Below, in pieces: positions 9,292 through 18,007 of a stretch of 64,000 bases of DNA; within the stretch, counting starts at the first letter, position 1, and each line of letters starts with the position of its first letter. The notes beneath the pieces were generated by a model. It did not search any database, was not told where the DNA came from, and was given only the letters and a program-made list of their open reading frames with translations. The stretch comes from a virus (taxonomy: Duplodnaviria; Caudoviricetes). A program made the position numbers and the translations under genes. Location: positions 84,057 through 148,056 of IMG/VR virus record IMGVR_UViG_3300030376_006203. The stretch is one strand, 5' to 3'.

Positions 9292-9990
9292 CTATTTTTT
9301 GATTTTGGGAAATAAGGCGTCTGTACAGAAAAGTTCAACGTCTTCTTCTTTAAGTCCTAATGACTTCATTACCCTTGGAGTATGCGGATTTTGTTGTTGA
9401 TTATGGCAATAGTAATTCTGTGCTTGAATGGTTTCTTCTTCATTTGCTGTGTTTTTGTAATCACCAATGGAATCAAAATAAACTTTTAAATTGGCTAATG
9501 CCATTTCCACAATGGCTTTGGATTCTTCTTCACTGCTGACATTTCCTGCCGCAACCATTGAACCACTGAATATGTTTAATGCCCATTGCGGTAATTCTCT
9601 TTTCTTACTAGGTACAAATTCTTCTACTGCTTCTTTAAACCAATCTATCAAAGGATGTTCTTCGCCACCAGAACTTTTTGAAAAGTCATGAAAGGCTCCT
9701 GTCATTTTGTTTTTACCTGCTATAACATCAAATCCATATATAGGACCGTTGTTATCCAAATTAGGAAAAATACACACGTGCATCATCCATAAACCTTTAG
9801 ACTCTCTAGCATCTACCACATCTATATGGCAACGTCTACAATCTTCTGTTTGCCATACTCTATTAATCCAACCGTTATCAGGTTGATTAAATTGTGCCAT
9901 GCCTTCTTCTTGAATTTCTTTACCTCTAGAATCAAATTCTTTTATGATTTGTTCTTTACAGTCTATTAGTGTGTCCCAAATGATGCTCAT
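9292..9990 (-). CDS. pcyX: ferredoxin-dependent bilin reductase (PcyA/PcyX-like)
   Basis: RRCHIDVVD, MMHVCIFP, PIYGFDVIAG, AFHDFS, RELPQWALNIFS, QNYYCHNQQQNPHT; heme oxygenase nearby. The subfamily call is inference. Confidence 0.85.
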   Translation of the reverse strand: MSIIWDTLIDCKEQIIKEFDSRGKEIQEEGMAQFNQPDNGWINRVWQTEDCRRCHIDVVDARESKGLWMMHVCIFPNLDNNGPIYGFDVIAGKNKMTGAFHDFSKSSGGEEHPLIDWFKEAVEEFVPSKKRELPQWALNIFSGSMVAAGNVSSEEESKAIVEMALANLKVYFDSIGDYKNTANEEETIQAQNYYCHNQQQNPHTPRVMKSLGLKEEDVELFCTDALFPKIKK

Positions 9991-10202
9991 ATTAAATTTG
10001 AATCCGTGTGGTATATGAAAGGATCGTCTGTTTCTATACCTTTCAATGCTTTCACTCTTGTTTCTAAAGCATCTATTGTTGTATAGATGTGTCCTGTATC
10101 TGTTTCTTGAATTAAACTTTTAAAATATTTGATTTCGTCTTCTAGAACTTTTATTTTTATAAGATTACCAGGAAAGTCTTTGAATTTCTTTTTCCTAGGC
10201 AT
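9987..10202 (-). CDS. hypothetical protein, 71 aa
   Basis: Likely start MPRKKK; overlaps both flanking bilin genes. Confidence 0.6.
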   Translation of the reverse strand: MPRKKKFKDFPGNLIKIKVLEDEIKYFKSLIQETDTGHIYTTIDALETRVKALKGIETDDPFIYHTDSNLI

Positions 10203-10731
10203 TGTGTAAATCTTTAAACAAGTCAGCGGCAAATTTGAAACACAGTCTGGCTTCATCTGCCATGCTGTCATCTGTTTTACTTCTGATTCTTTCTTTTACT
10301 TCTTTGATGTCTGCTCTACCAAACTCATACATTGTTCCGCTACCAGGTGCTCTTTTCTTAATCATTTGTCCACCTGATAAATCTCCCATGTGTCTAACAT
10401 ATATGTGAGCCATTAACTTTTTAGGATCATCTTTAATTGTTGCCATGTGTTTAAGATATTCTTCTGTGCTAGGAGCAAGTTCTGGCATATCTTCTTTTTT
10501 CCATAATTCTTGAAAGTCTGCTAATATGGCAGGTGCTCTTCTAATTTGCGGGAAGTCATTTAACAAACCATGTGACATCGCACAGGCTTCTAACAAATTG
10601 TATATTGCGTGTTGATTGTATAAAAATTCAGCATAAAGTTCCTCAGACATTTTGCCACTCATTAAAACTCTTACAAAGCCTTGTCTTTCTGCGTCTTGGT
10701 GTACTTCTTTTGTTAACTCTTTTAGTCCCAT
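10195..10731 (-). CDS. hemO: heme oxygenase
   Basis: LKELTKEVHQDAE (proximal His) and HIYVRHMGDLSGGQMI distal helix. Confidence 0.92.
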   Translation of the reverse strand: MGLKELTKEVHQDAERQGFVRVLMSGKMSEELYAEFLYNQHAIYNLLEACAMSHGLLNDFPQIRRAPAILADFQELWKKEDMPELAPSTEEYLKHMATIKDDPKKLMAHIYVRHMGDLSGGQMIKKRAPGSGTMYEFGRADIKEVKERIRSKTDDSMADEARLCFKFAADLFKDLHNA

Positions 10732-10874
10732 TAAAATCCTTCCGCAAACATTACCTTGGCATTTGGAAATCTTGCTTCAACTATTTGTTTGGCTTCTGAG
10801 GCAGTCCTGCCTTCTTCAGCAACTTTCATTGGTGCTTTGTTTTCCAGTGTTACCCAAAAGTAGTATTTGTTCAT
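10731..10874 (-). CDS. small hypothetical protein, 47 aa
   Basis: Manual translation MNKYYFWVTLENKAPMKVAEEGRTASEAKQIVEARFPNAKVMFAEGF; overlaps both neighbours. Confidence 0.6.
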   Translation of the reverse strand: MNKYYFWVTLENKAPMKVAEEGRTASEAKQIVEARFPNAKVMFAEGF

Positions 10875-11176
10875 TCTTGTTCTATTTTTACTTGTAAAGG
10901 GAAACCTCTGTCTCTACTTTCGTTAGTGGCTTCTGTTCCTTTTTGTTCTGCTAATTCATATGTATATGTTCCGCAGACTGCTGAACCTTCTTTATGAATC
11001 TTTAGTGTTAGGTCTTTTGCTGTTTCTGGTTTGTGTTTGAATATCTTTACCAATAACTCAATCACAAAATCCATTGGTGTGACTTCGTCATTCAATAAGA
11101 TTACATGGTAATTCTTTGGAGTCTTTAATATTTGTTTTACTTTCGAGTCTACCTTTACTTCTAAATCTGTTGTCAT
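10871..11176 (-). CDS. clpS: Clp protease adaptor ClpS
   Basis: YHVILLNDEVTPMDFV...IHKEGSAVCGTYTYELAEQK...GFPL. Confidence 0.93.
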   Translation of the reverse strand: MTTDLEVKVDSKVKQILKTPKNYHVILLNDEVTPMDFVIELLVKIFKHKPETAKDLTLKIHKEGSAVCGTYTYELAEQKGTEATNESRDRGFPLQVKIEQE

Positions 11177-11195
11177 TATACCTTCTTGTTTAAGT

Positions 11196-11217
11196 GGTAG
11201 GGTGTTGCCACCCTACC
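11196..11217 (-). terminator. hairpin downstream of hsp20
   Basis: GGTAGGGTG-ttgc-CACCCTACC perfect 9-bp stem. Confidence 0.6.
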
Positions 11218-11227
11218 TATATTAAAA

Positions 11228-11671
11228 TTACTTAACTTCAATAGTTCTTGCTTTTTTACCTTCTGGAATTATACGTTCCATAGATATTTTCAATAAACCA
11301 TCTTTAAGTTCTGCTCCCTTTACTTCTACATCATCAGCAATAGTAAATGATTTTGAAAACCATCTCTTGCTAATGCCTCTGTGAAGCATACCGTCCACGT
11401 CATTATCTTTGGCTTTTTCCTTAGATTTGACAGTCAACATATTGTCTTTGTATTCTACATCTATGTCGTCTTTTGAAAAACCTGCAAGTGCAAGTTCCAC
11501 GTCATAAGTGTATTCACCAGTCTTCACTATGTTGTATGGTGGGAAGTTTGTAGCAACCATAGTATTGAAATTGTGATCATCAATCATTCTTTCAAAATGA
11601 TCGAACACATTGTCGAATCCTACTGTTACTGGTCTTAATCGATTGAATATAGATAGTGCTTTATTTGTCAT
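11228..11671 (-). CDS. small heat shock protein Hsp20 (IbpA-like)
   Basis: FPPYNI, ELALAGF, LHRGISKR.F, GAELKDGLL, ARTIEVK. Confidence 0.95.
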   Translation of the reverse strand: MTNKALSIFNRLRPVTVGFDNVFDHFERMIDDHNFNTMVATNFPPYNIVKTGEYTYDVELALAGFSKDDIDVEYKDNMLTVKSKEKAKDNDVDGMLHRGISKRWFSKSFTIADDVEVKGAELKDGLLKISMERIIPEGKKARTIEVK

Positions 11672-11731
11672 CGCTTTTCCTCCTTATTAAGCAAGTTAAT
11701 TTAATGTAAGTCCTATCCAAGCAACTTACAC
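11672..11731 (-). promoter_or_regulatory. ROSE-like RNA thermometer in the hsp20 5' UTR
   Basis: Leader GUAAG-UUGCU-uggau-AGGA-CUUAC...CUUGCU-uaaua-AGGAGG-aaaagcg-AUG; UUGCU can pair with the SD. Confidence 0.65.
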
Positions 11732-11785
11732 TTTTATTTATCACGTACTGTGATACTATATTATATAATAACTCATTAGGAAAAA

Positions 11786-12496
11786 TCAAGAGTCTAACCA
11801 TATATTTTTTGTATCTTTTTTACCAAAATCTTTGCTTTGATACCCTTCCCTTACTTCAATTGTAAAAGATTTGCCTCTGGTATCTGCTGTAAGATGATAT
11901 TCAAATCCATCATATTGAACATGGCATATTACGGGCCAACCTTCAATTTCTTGATATTCTAGATGTATTTGATCCAAACGCAAACCATGTGGCCCAGCCT
12001 TAATCTTTTCTTCTGTGTACCAAACACCCTTTTCAAAACTTTGTCCAAATAGATAATGTTTATTTTCTACTGCTAAATGGTCGGCATCAAAGGTTCCGGT
12101 CTCAATACATTTGATTCCGTATTTGCCTAATTCTTCATAACCTAATGGAATAGTGTGAATAGTGTCCTCAAATTTAAAATCTTTATCATATTGGTCAATA
12201 TACAAAGTACAACTTTCAGATAGTTCACAACCGCTGACGTGTGTAATATCATCATGTTCATACCAATCTCTCTCCAACTGTGCTTTTTTTGGCACTTTGT
12301 TAAGCATATTCATATCTCTATATTCTGCGAGATACTCACCTAATTTGTCTTGTTTCTTACTCCAATAATCATAGGCTTCTTTGGTAATATGGCCCATAAC
12401 TGCTTCACCACCATAGGCTTCAAACCTAAGGTCATAAAACTTTCTATCGTTTTTGATTTTTTCTATTAGAACTTTTTTTTGTTTAGACGTAGCCAT
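11786..12496 (-). CDS. hypothetical phage protein
   Basis: 236-aa ORF; no motif recognised. Confidence 0.75.
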   Translation of the reverse strand: MATSKQKKVLIEKIKNDRKFYDLRFEAYGGEAVMGHITKEAYDYWSKKQDKLGEYLAEYRDMNMLNKVPKKAQLERDWYEHDDITHVSGCELSESCTLYIDQYDKDFKFEDTIHTIPLGYEELGKYGIKCIETGTFDADHLAVENKHYLFGQSFEKGVWYTEEKIKAGPHGLRLDQIHLEYQEIEGWPVICHVQYDGFEYHLTADTRGKSFTIEVREGYQSKDFGKKDTKNIWLDS

Positions 12497-12520
12497 CTAA
12501 AACATAATAACACAAATATT

Positions 12521-13165
12521 TTATTCTGTCAATGGAGGGAAACCATTTAATTTTGCCAGTTCGTCATTGTCTTTTGTCATAGCAATGGAAGTATTGAAAC
12601 TCATTGATATTCTACTGCTGTCAGATAGATTTCCTTCAACAGAGTGTTTGACCCAACTTGGAAATATTAATATACCTCCTGTCATTGGTTTGTACGTTGC
12701 TCTAACGGCACTTATATGATTACGTTTTGGCATCACTCTAGGCAAAAAGAATTCAGCATTGTCTTCTCGTTCAAAATGTATATTACCCATGTTCTCTTCT
12801 GGTATGTCAATGTAGTACACACCGCTTAAGATACTGTCTCTGTGATCGTGAGGATGATTGTAATCGCCTTTGCCGTTGATGTTCCACCAGTAATCACTTA
12901 TTTGTAAATCCATTAATCCTGCCATTTTTGTACATTCATTTATGGATCTTTGAATTGCTATTATAAATTTCTCTACTGCTATTGGTCTTTGATCTAATAT
13001 TTCAAATGACTTGCTTTGCCATCCGCCATAGTTTGATGCCACTTTCCCTTGTTCATCTTGTGCTTTTAATTTAACCACATACTCTTTTAATTCTGCGTTG
13101 TTCACTTGTTTAAGTTCGTCGTTCCATATCACTGTTGGAAACCATAGGTCGGCTTTCATAGGCAT
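12521..13165 (-). CDS. 2OG-Fe(II) oxygenase (TIGR02466-like)
   Basis: WWNIN..GDYNHPHDH, LSGVYY, LIFPSWVKHSV, RISMSFN. Confidence 0.88.
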   Translation of the reverse strand: MPMKADLWFPTVIWNDELKQVNNAELKEYVVKLKAQDEQGKVASNYGGWQSKSFEILDQRPIAVEKFIIAIQRSINECTKMAGLMDLQISDYWWNINGKGDYNHPHDHRDSILSGVYYIDIPEENMGNIHFEREDNAEFFLPRVMPKRNHISAVRATYKPMTGGILIFPSWVKHSVEGNLSDSSRISMSFNTSIAMTKDNDELAKLNGFPPLTE

Positions 13166-13563
13166 TATTGATTCTCCAATTCTTCAATTTTGCTAGGTAA
13201 AAATTCTAAATCATACACTTTGTTGTTGTTAATCAAATTATAAGCAAATGCGTCACTGCCATCGTATAAGAAATAACAGTTTGATTTATTTAGAATATAA
13301 CCCAACAACCATCTGTCTTTGAAAGTGCCATTTACATCTAATATAATAACATCAACTGAGTTAACAACTTCAATCAGCCACTTGATATCTTGTTGTTCAT
13401 CAGGATCACCTGTTTCAAACATATACAGATTGATATCTTTTTTAAACATCAATGCTTTTTTGTTGAATTCTTCTTTGACCGAAACTTTAGGATTGATCAA
13501 CAGAACACTGGCATTGCCATTGAACAGTTTATCTGGTTGTGTAATTAAATTTAATTTTGGCAT
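13165..13563 (-). CDS. hypothetical protein
   Basis: Likely start MPKLNLIT at 13563. Confidence 0.65.
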   Translation of the reverse strand: MPKLNLITQPDKLFNGNASVLLINPKVSVKEEFNKKALMFKKDINLYMFETGDPDEQQDIKWLIEVVNSVDVIILDVNGTFKDRWLLGYILNKSNCYFLYDGSDAFAYNLINNNKVYDLEFLPSKIEELENQ

Positions 13564-13671
13564 ACAAATAATTATGCTATTATTCGTACAGTTTCTTCCA
13601 ATGTGATTGTTCTGATTGTTCTTCGTTTTGGTTGTATGAATCAGGATACACAACCTCAGTCAAATTTGGTT

Positions 13672-15333
13672 TTAGTCTTCCTGATGTTCCTTTTTCACCT
13701 GTTGATTGCGTTCTCTCATTATGTATGATAGAGTCTTTTTTTTTGGATCAGCGTCTTTATCTTCTAAATCATATTTGACTTCGTCCTCATAGGACCCGTC
13801 TGGTTCTTTTTTCTCTTCTTTTGAAACTTCTTTTTCTGCTTCTTCAATCATTTTGTTCCACTGCTCTAACGGCATTGGTGGTACTGGTTCTTTTGGTACT
13901 CTACCGCCCAATGTCAATCCTGCACCAGTTAAGCCAGGTCTAACTGTTTCTGCTGGTTCGATGTTTTCTAATGTTGTTTTAATATCTTCTTCTAGTTCTT
14001 TGTAATCAACTGCTTCTTCTTCCTCTTTGGCTTTACGAGCAACTTCTTCTAATGCTTTCTTTTCGTCTTCTTCTCTTTGTTTGAATTTTTCTAATTGTTC
14101 TTCTGCTTCACGTTCTTTTTGTTCTTGTTCAAAACCTTCCATTAGCATTTCGTGAGTTGTTTTTTCTTTGCTAGGAGTGGTTGTCACTGGTTTCTTTTCA
14201 GCAATATCAGACAATTTAATTGGTTTAGATTTTGCTTGTACTTCTTTTTGTTGTTCAACTATCTTGGTTAGACTCTGACCTCCAGTAGGCTTAGGCTCAA
14301 CTGGCTTTACAGGCGCTGGTGGTATTGAGGGTGCTGGTGGAGTCTTAGGTGCTGTTGGTTCCTCACCATGCTTGTCTATGTATCTCCAACGGAATGTGTA
14401 CTGCGAAGCAATCAACAATAATACTGCTAATGGATCAAATACAAATATAATAGTAATAATCACCCATCTTACTGCTTCTTCTAATAAATTTCTGTCTGCT
14501 TCTTCACCATACACAAATTCAGCAATATATCTAATAGGACCAACTTCTGATTCCAATTTCATCAGTTGTGATTTTAAAGGTTCTTGTTCTAAAATTAATG
14601 TTTCAATTCTTCCTTGAGCATCGAATATGTTCTTTTCAATTGTTTTAATTTCAACTGTATTCGCATTCAGTTGGTTATTGATTTGTGCTCTTAATTTATT
14701 AATGTTTTCTTGTGCTTGAGTGATTTGTGCGTTGATACGATCTCTTTCAGGACGTTGTTCTTCCCTTAATTTAAGTCCTTGTTTGACTCTACCAGTTCCA
14801 CCAAATCCTTTGTTACGTGATGTGAATGCTTCTACATCAGCATCTAACACTTCTAGACGTTTATAAGCATCATCTATCTTCTTTTGTTCTATAGCGATGT
14901 CTTGATTAAATCTATCATTAGTGCCCGTGCTTTGCCCTGTAAGACGCACTAATACATCCTTTTGACGTATAATATAGCCTTCTTCTGCTTTTACTTTGTT
15001 GTCTATGATTTCAATTCTTTGTGTGACTGTGTCTGAAGATAAATTTTGATCCACGTGTGCTTTGGAAAGAAATCCAAAGATACCCATTGATGTAATCAAC
15101 ATCAATACTACCACTGCTATTGAGAGATAAGTTTTAAGCCACCATGCGGCCCTTTTCCAGTTCTTATGAAGCCATACTGCGGTAACAAGTTTACCAACTT
15201 CTAAGGCAGTTCCCATAATGATTATAGGCACAGCCGCCGCGGCAAATATTGCCACAAGTCCTGCCACTGAATAATAGATTGCTACACCTGATATTGTAAT
15301 GGCTGTTAAAAATGTAATAAGTCCAAATAACAT
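13672..15333 (-). CDS. multi-pass membrane protein with a long coiled coil (possible -1 frameshift C-terminal variant)
   Basis: Three N-terminal TM segments, coiled coil, EVGPIRYIA, TM FVFDPLAVLLL, Pro/charged tail; A AAA AAG near the 3' end. Confidence 0.8.
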   Translation of the reverse strand: MLFGLITFLTAITISGVAIYYSVAGLVAIFAAAAVPIIIMGTALEVGKLVTAVWLHKNWKRAAWWLKTYLSIAVVVLMLITSMGIFGFLSKAHVDQNLSSDTVTQRIEIIDNKVKAEEGYIIRQKDVLVRLTGQSTGTNDRFNQDIAIEQKKIDDAYKRLEVLDADVEAFTSRNKGFGGTGRVKQGLKLREEQRPERDRINAQITQAQENINKLRAQINNQLNANTVEIKTIEKNIFDAQGRIETLILEQEPLKSQLMKLESEVGPIRYIAEFVYGEEADRNLLEEAVRWVIITIIFVFDPLAVLLLIASQYTFRWRYIDKHGEEPTAPKTPPAPSIPPAPVKPVEPKPTGGQSLTKIVEQQKEVQAKSKPIKLSDIAEKKPVTTTPSKEKTTHEMLMEGFEQEQKEREAEEQLEKFKQREEDEKKALEEVARKAKEEEEAVDYKELEEDIKTTLENIEPAETVRPGLTGAGLTLGGRVPKEPVPPMPLEQWNKMIEEAEKEVSKEEKKEPDGSYEDEVKYDLEDKDADPKKKTLSYIMRERNQQVKKEHQED

Positions 15334-15368
15334 ACTTTACTCTTTTCGTATGCTATATTTACCTTAAA

Positions 15369-15818
15369 TTACCTAATAAATTGCCATCCTTGATACGCAA
15401 CATCCTTACAGGCAGTTTCCTTAAAATCTCTTGCTTTACCCTTTTTTTGTATTTGAGTAAACACAACTCTACAATAACCACTGCCGTGCGGATAACTTGC
15501 TACAATTTTAACAAATCCGTGAGTGTCTTCTTTCATGTTGTGCCATGCAACCACTTTGCCTTCCTCTAGACTGTTGAGTGCGAAAAACACTGCTTGATCC
15601 TGTTTCTTCATATCTTCTTTGGATAACTTGCCCATATTATTACGAACAAAGTTATACCATACCTCAACACCTGTACCTGCGTGTGTGTAGTTGTGGCTTA
15701 CACTTTTCTGACTAGATAAACTGTTGGTTGTTTTTGTAGGTGTCCCACAGGCAGTCAATAAAAGACTACTTAATAGGATTAACCATTTCCCAACTGCCAT
15801 CAAATTTTTGACAAACAT
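15369..15818 (-). CDS. lipoprotein, RT0821/Lpp0805 (17-kDa surface antigen-like)
   Basis: Lipobox LTAC; W.N...G...YCR...TAC...W pattern. Confidence 0.7.
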   Translation of the reverse strand: MFVKNLMAVGKWLILLSSLLLTACGTPTKTTNSLSSQKSVSHNYTHAGTGVEVWYNFVRNNMGKLSKEDMKKQDQAVFFALNSLEEGKVVAWHNMKEDTHGFVKIVASYPHGSGYCRVVFTQIQKKGKARDFKETACKDVAYQGWQFIR

Positions 15819-16116
15819 ATCCTTTTTTCCTTATCCATTCATTAGCGATATACATATCGAACCAATACTCTTTACAATCCTTGGCAATACCTGAATATGC
15901 TAAAAAGTCTTTCGCTCCGTCATCACATACTAGAGTTTCAACTGTCTGTTTATCAACAATTTCGCCTTTAGTATTCTTTATAATGACTGTTTCTGTTTTA
16001 GCATTACAATACTGATCTGACCACGGTCCTCCTGCTTCAGCAGACGTGCTGATCACAAATAGGACCAGACCAAGTGCTAACATCACCAGAGAGATTGCGT
16101 ACAATATAGGTCGCAT
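15766..16116 (-). CDS. secreted Cys-containing protein
   Basis: Signal peptide ending AEA; four Cys. Confidence 0.65.
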   Translation of the reverse strand: MRPILYAISLVMLALGLVLFVISTSAEAGGPWSDQYCNAKTETVIIKNTKGEIVDKQTVETLVCDDGAKDFLAYSGIAKDCKEYWFDMYIANEWIRKKGYVCQKFDGSWEMVNPIK

Positions 16117-16117
16117 A

Positions 16118-16705
16118 TTATCTCTCAGATTGCTTTAGCACTTTATCTGAAGTGTCGCTGATTTTTAATTTACTGATTAACTTCTTGTTGTTCTTATCTT
16201 CAACCAGTGTGATTATATTATCAACGTCTTTCTTCGAGATCTTCATCAACACAAATGATCTGTAATTGTTCTTCTCTGTGTTGTAGATTGTTAATTTCTT
16301 ATCAACAGAATATGTTCTAAGAACAGTTTCTTTGATCATATTAACAATAACGTCTTGTGCTTCAACAGTTCCTGCCATAGACTCAGATGCACCTTTTTCA
16401 GTATAATTGATAGATGTCTTATTGTTCATCTCACCATTTATTCTGTCAGTGATCTTCGCTTTTGCTTTTAGAACTGCTTTCTTTTGCGACATCTCCATAT
16501 CAGGAGATACTGCTACTGCTACCGCATAATAGAAACCATCTCTAAAGATAATCCCTTCTTTGCCTGTATCAGCATGGTTAAGATACCAAGCCGGTACCTT
16601 CTTTGACTTTGAGTCTTCTAAAGGTAATTGTACCATTCTACCCGAACAAGCGGATAAAACAAAGCCTAGTACAAGAACCATTATTATGTTTAAGTGCCTT
16701 TTCAT
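16118..16705 (-). CDS. LPP20-like lipoprotein
   Basis: Lipobox LSAC, VPAWY, A.KKA..KAKA.I pattern. Confidence 0.7.
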   Translation of the reverse strand: MKRHLNIIMVLVLGFVLSACSGRMVQLPLEDSKSKKVPAWYLNHADTGKEGIIFRDGFYYAVAVAVSPDMEMSQKKAVLKAKAKITDRINGEMNNKTSINYTEKGASESMAGTVEAQDVIVNMIKETVLRTYSVDKKLTIYNTEKNNYRSFVLMKISKKDVDNIITLVEDKNNKKLISKLKISDTSDKVLKQSER

Positions 16706-16725
16706 AAGCCTCCTTTGTAGTGTAT

Positions 16726-16754
16726 AGTATATAAGAAACAGCCAAAATAGTCAA
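16726..16754 (-). promoter_or_regulatory. sigma70-type promoter of the lipoprotein cluster
   Basis: TTGACT-N17-TATACT. Confidence 0.65.
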
Positions 16755-16817
16755 CCACAAACAACCAAAAAGAATTGGCGGAAACCTTGATGTTTTGGCA
16801 ATGATGTTACCAAAATA

Positions 16818-17333
16818 TTATTTGATTACTATATATTCGAAGTTTTGAGTGGTTTCGTTCTTTTGGATTAACTTGGCTCCATTTCTTAAATGAAACTTTT
16901 CAGCCATCTTGGTAAGCGGAGACAATGTGATTAGTCTGTTTAAATGGTTAGACTTCTTAATCATTTTGTACACTTCGTTCACAATCATTTTACCACCACC
17001 CTTTTTAAGACTCCAAACTGTGTAGGCAATAGCAATACTGCCTTGTACGCCTGCTCTGTGTGTTGCTTGTAGATAAGCATCTTTAGAAAGAACATCTAGG
17101 TCTTCAACTGTCTTAGGTATATGATTAACAAATCCAAAACACATCACAGCCTTAATTTCACCGTCGTGTTTTAGACCAAACATTTTTCTGCCGTATGATG
17201 TTCTGAATTTGTTGTCTAGTTCTGGTCTGACTGGATCTTGTGTACAGTCTACTTCTTTCAATTCAACCAGTTCTGTTTTCTTTAACCAATCAAACTTTAA
17301 CCATTCTTTAATCTTCGCTTTTGTCGTCGTCAT
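16818..17333 (-). CDS. hypothetical protein, possible GNAT-like fold
   Basis: AIAYTVWS..KGGG...RLITLSP...AEKFH.RNGA. Confidence 0.6.
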   Translation of the reverse strand: MTTTKAKIKEWLKFDWLKKTELVELKEVDCTQDPVRPELDNKFRTSYGRKMFGLKHDGEIKAVMCFGFVNHIPKTVEDLDVLSKDAYLQATHRAGVQGSIAIAYTVWSLKKGGGKMIVNEVYKMIKKSNHLNRLITLSPLTKMAEKFHLRNGAKLIQKNETTQNFEYIVIK

Positions 17334-17421
17334 ACTTTCTCACTTCTATTAGTATAATTAACGCAACAACTGACACTATCATTCCTAAAGCGAACAAACC
17401 GAATCCTGCTTCTACACCCAT

Positions 17422-17616
17422 TTATTCTCCTTTGTATTTCTCATTGCCTTTATGCCAACCCACATCCTCAATGTTTTCACTGAGACACGATGGACAACAC
17501 CAAAATTCTTCTAGTGATTCGTCTTGCTCTAATTCTTGAGCAACACCTCTCCATTTACAATTCCAACAAACGAAGTTCCAGAACTCTTCAGATTTAGTTT
17601 CTTCAGCGGTAATCAT
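17422..17616 (-). CDS. small zinc-ribbon protein
   Basis: CWNC...CPSC. Confidence 0.6.
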   Translation of the reverse strand: MITAEETKSEEFWNFVCWNCKWRGVAQELEQDESLEEFWCCPSCLSENIEDVGWHKGNEKYKGE

Positions 17617-17987
17617 TTGTTGCCTTTCATTAATGTAATTTCTGTTGCGGCTTTTCTGCCTGACACATCATCGTCATCAGCAAACACAGGCACCTGATTG
17701 CTTTTGTGCATGGTTGCTATACCAATCAATTTACGTTTACCTGAATAAAAGATAGGCTCTTGCTTCTTACCACCACTAACAGGAATCTTGTTGCCTAGTG
17801 GGACACCTGTTCGTTCTTCAATAGGCTCTAGCACTAGCGGTTCGCTTGTTTTCTTCTTGTGTTTCAACTTGTCCAAACCTCTCTCTTTTAACCAAGCCTC
17901 GTGCTTCAGTCTTGCTTCTCGTAAAGATTGTGTGTTCGCAAGTTTGCGTCTGATTCTTTTTTTCAAAGGTGTTTGAATAAATCCCAT
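17613..17987 (-). CDS. conserved basic phage protein
   Basis: IGIATMHKSNQVPVF motif typical of T4-like hypothetical proteins. Confidence 0.7.
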   Translation of the reverse strand: MGFIQTPLKKRIRRKLANTQSLREARLKHEAWLKERGLDKLKHKKKTSEPLVLEPIEERTGVPLGNKIPVSGGKKQEPIFYSGKRKLIGIATMHKSNQVPVFADDDDVSGRKAATEITLMKGNK

Positions 17988-18007
17988 TGTTTAATACTAC
18001 TAGATAT

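Noticed and set aside
12471-12481. Other A-runs (12473-12480, 54160-54168) as frameshift sites
   Set aside because: They lie near gene starts, lack an in-frame A AAA AAG, and I saw no alternative frame that would explain neighbouring sequence.
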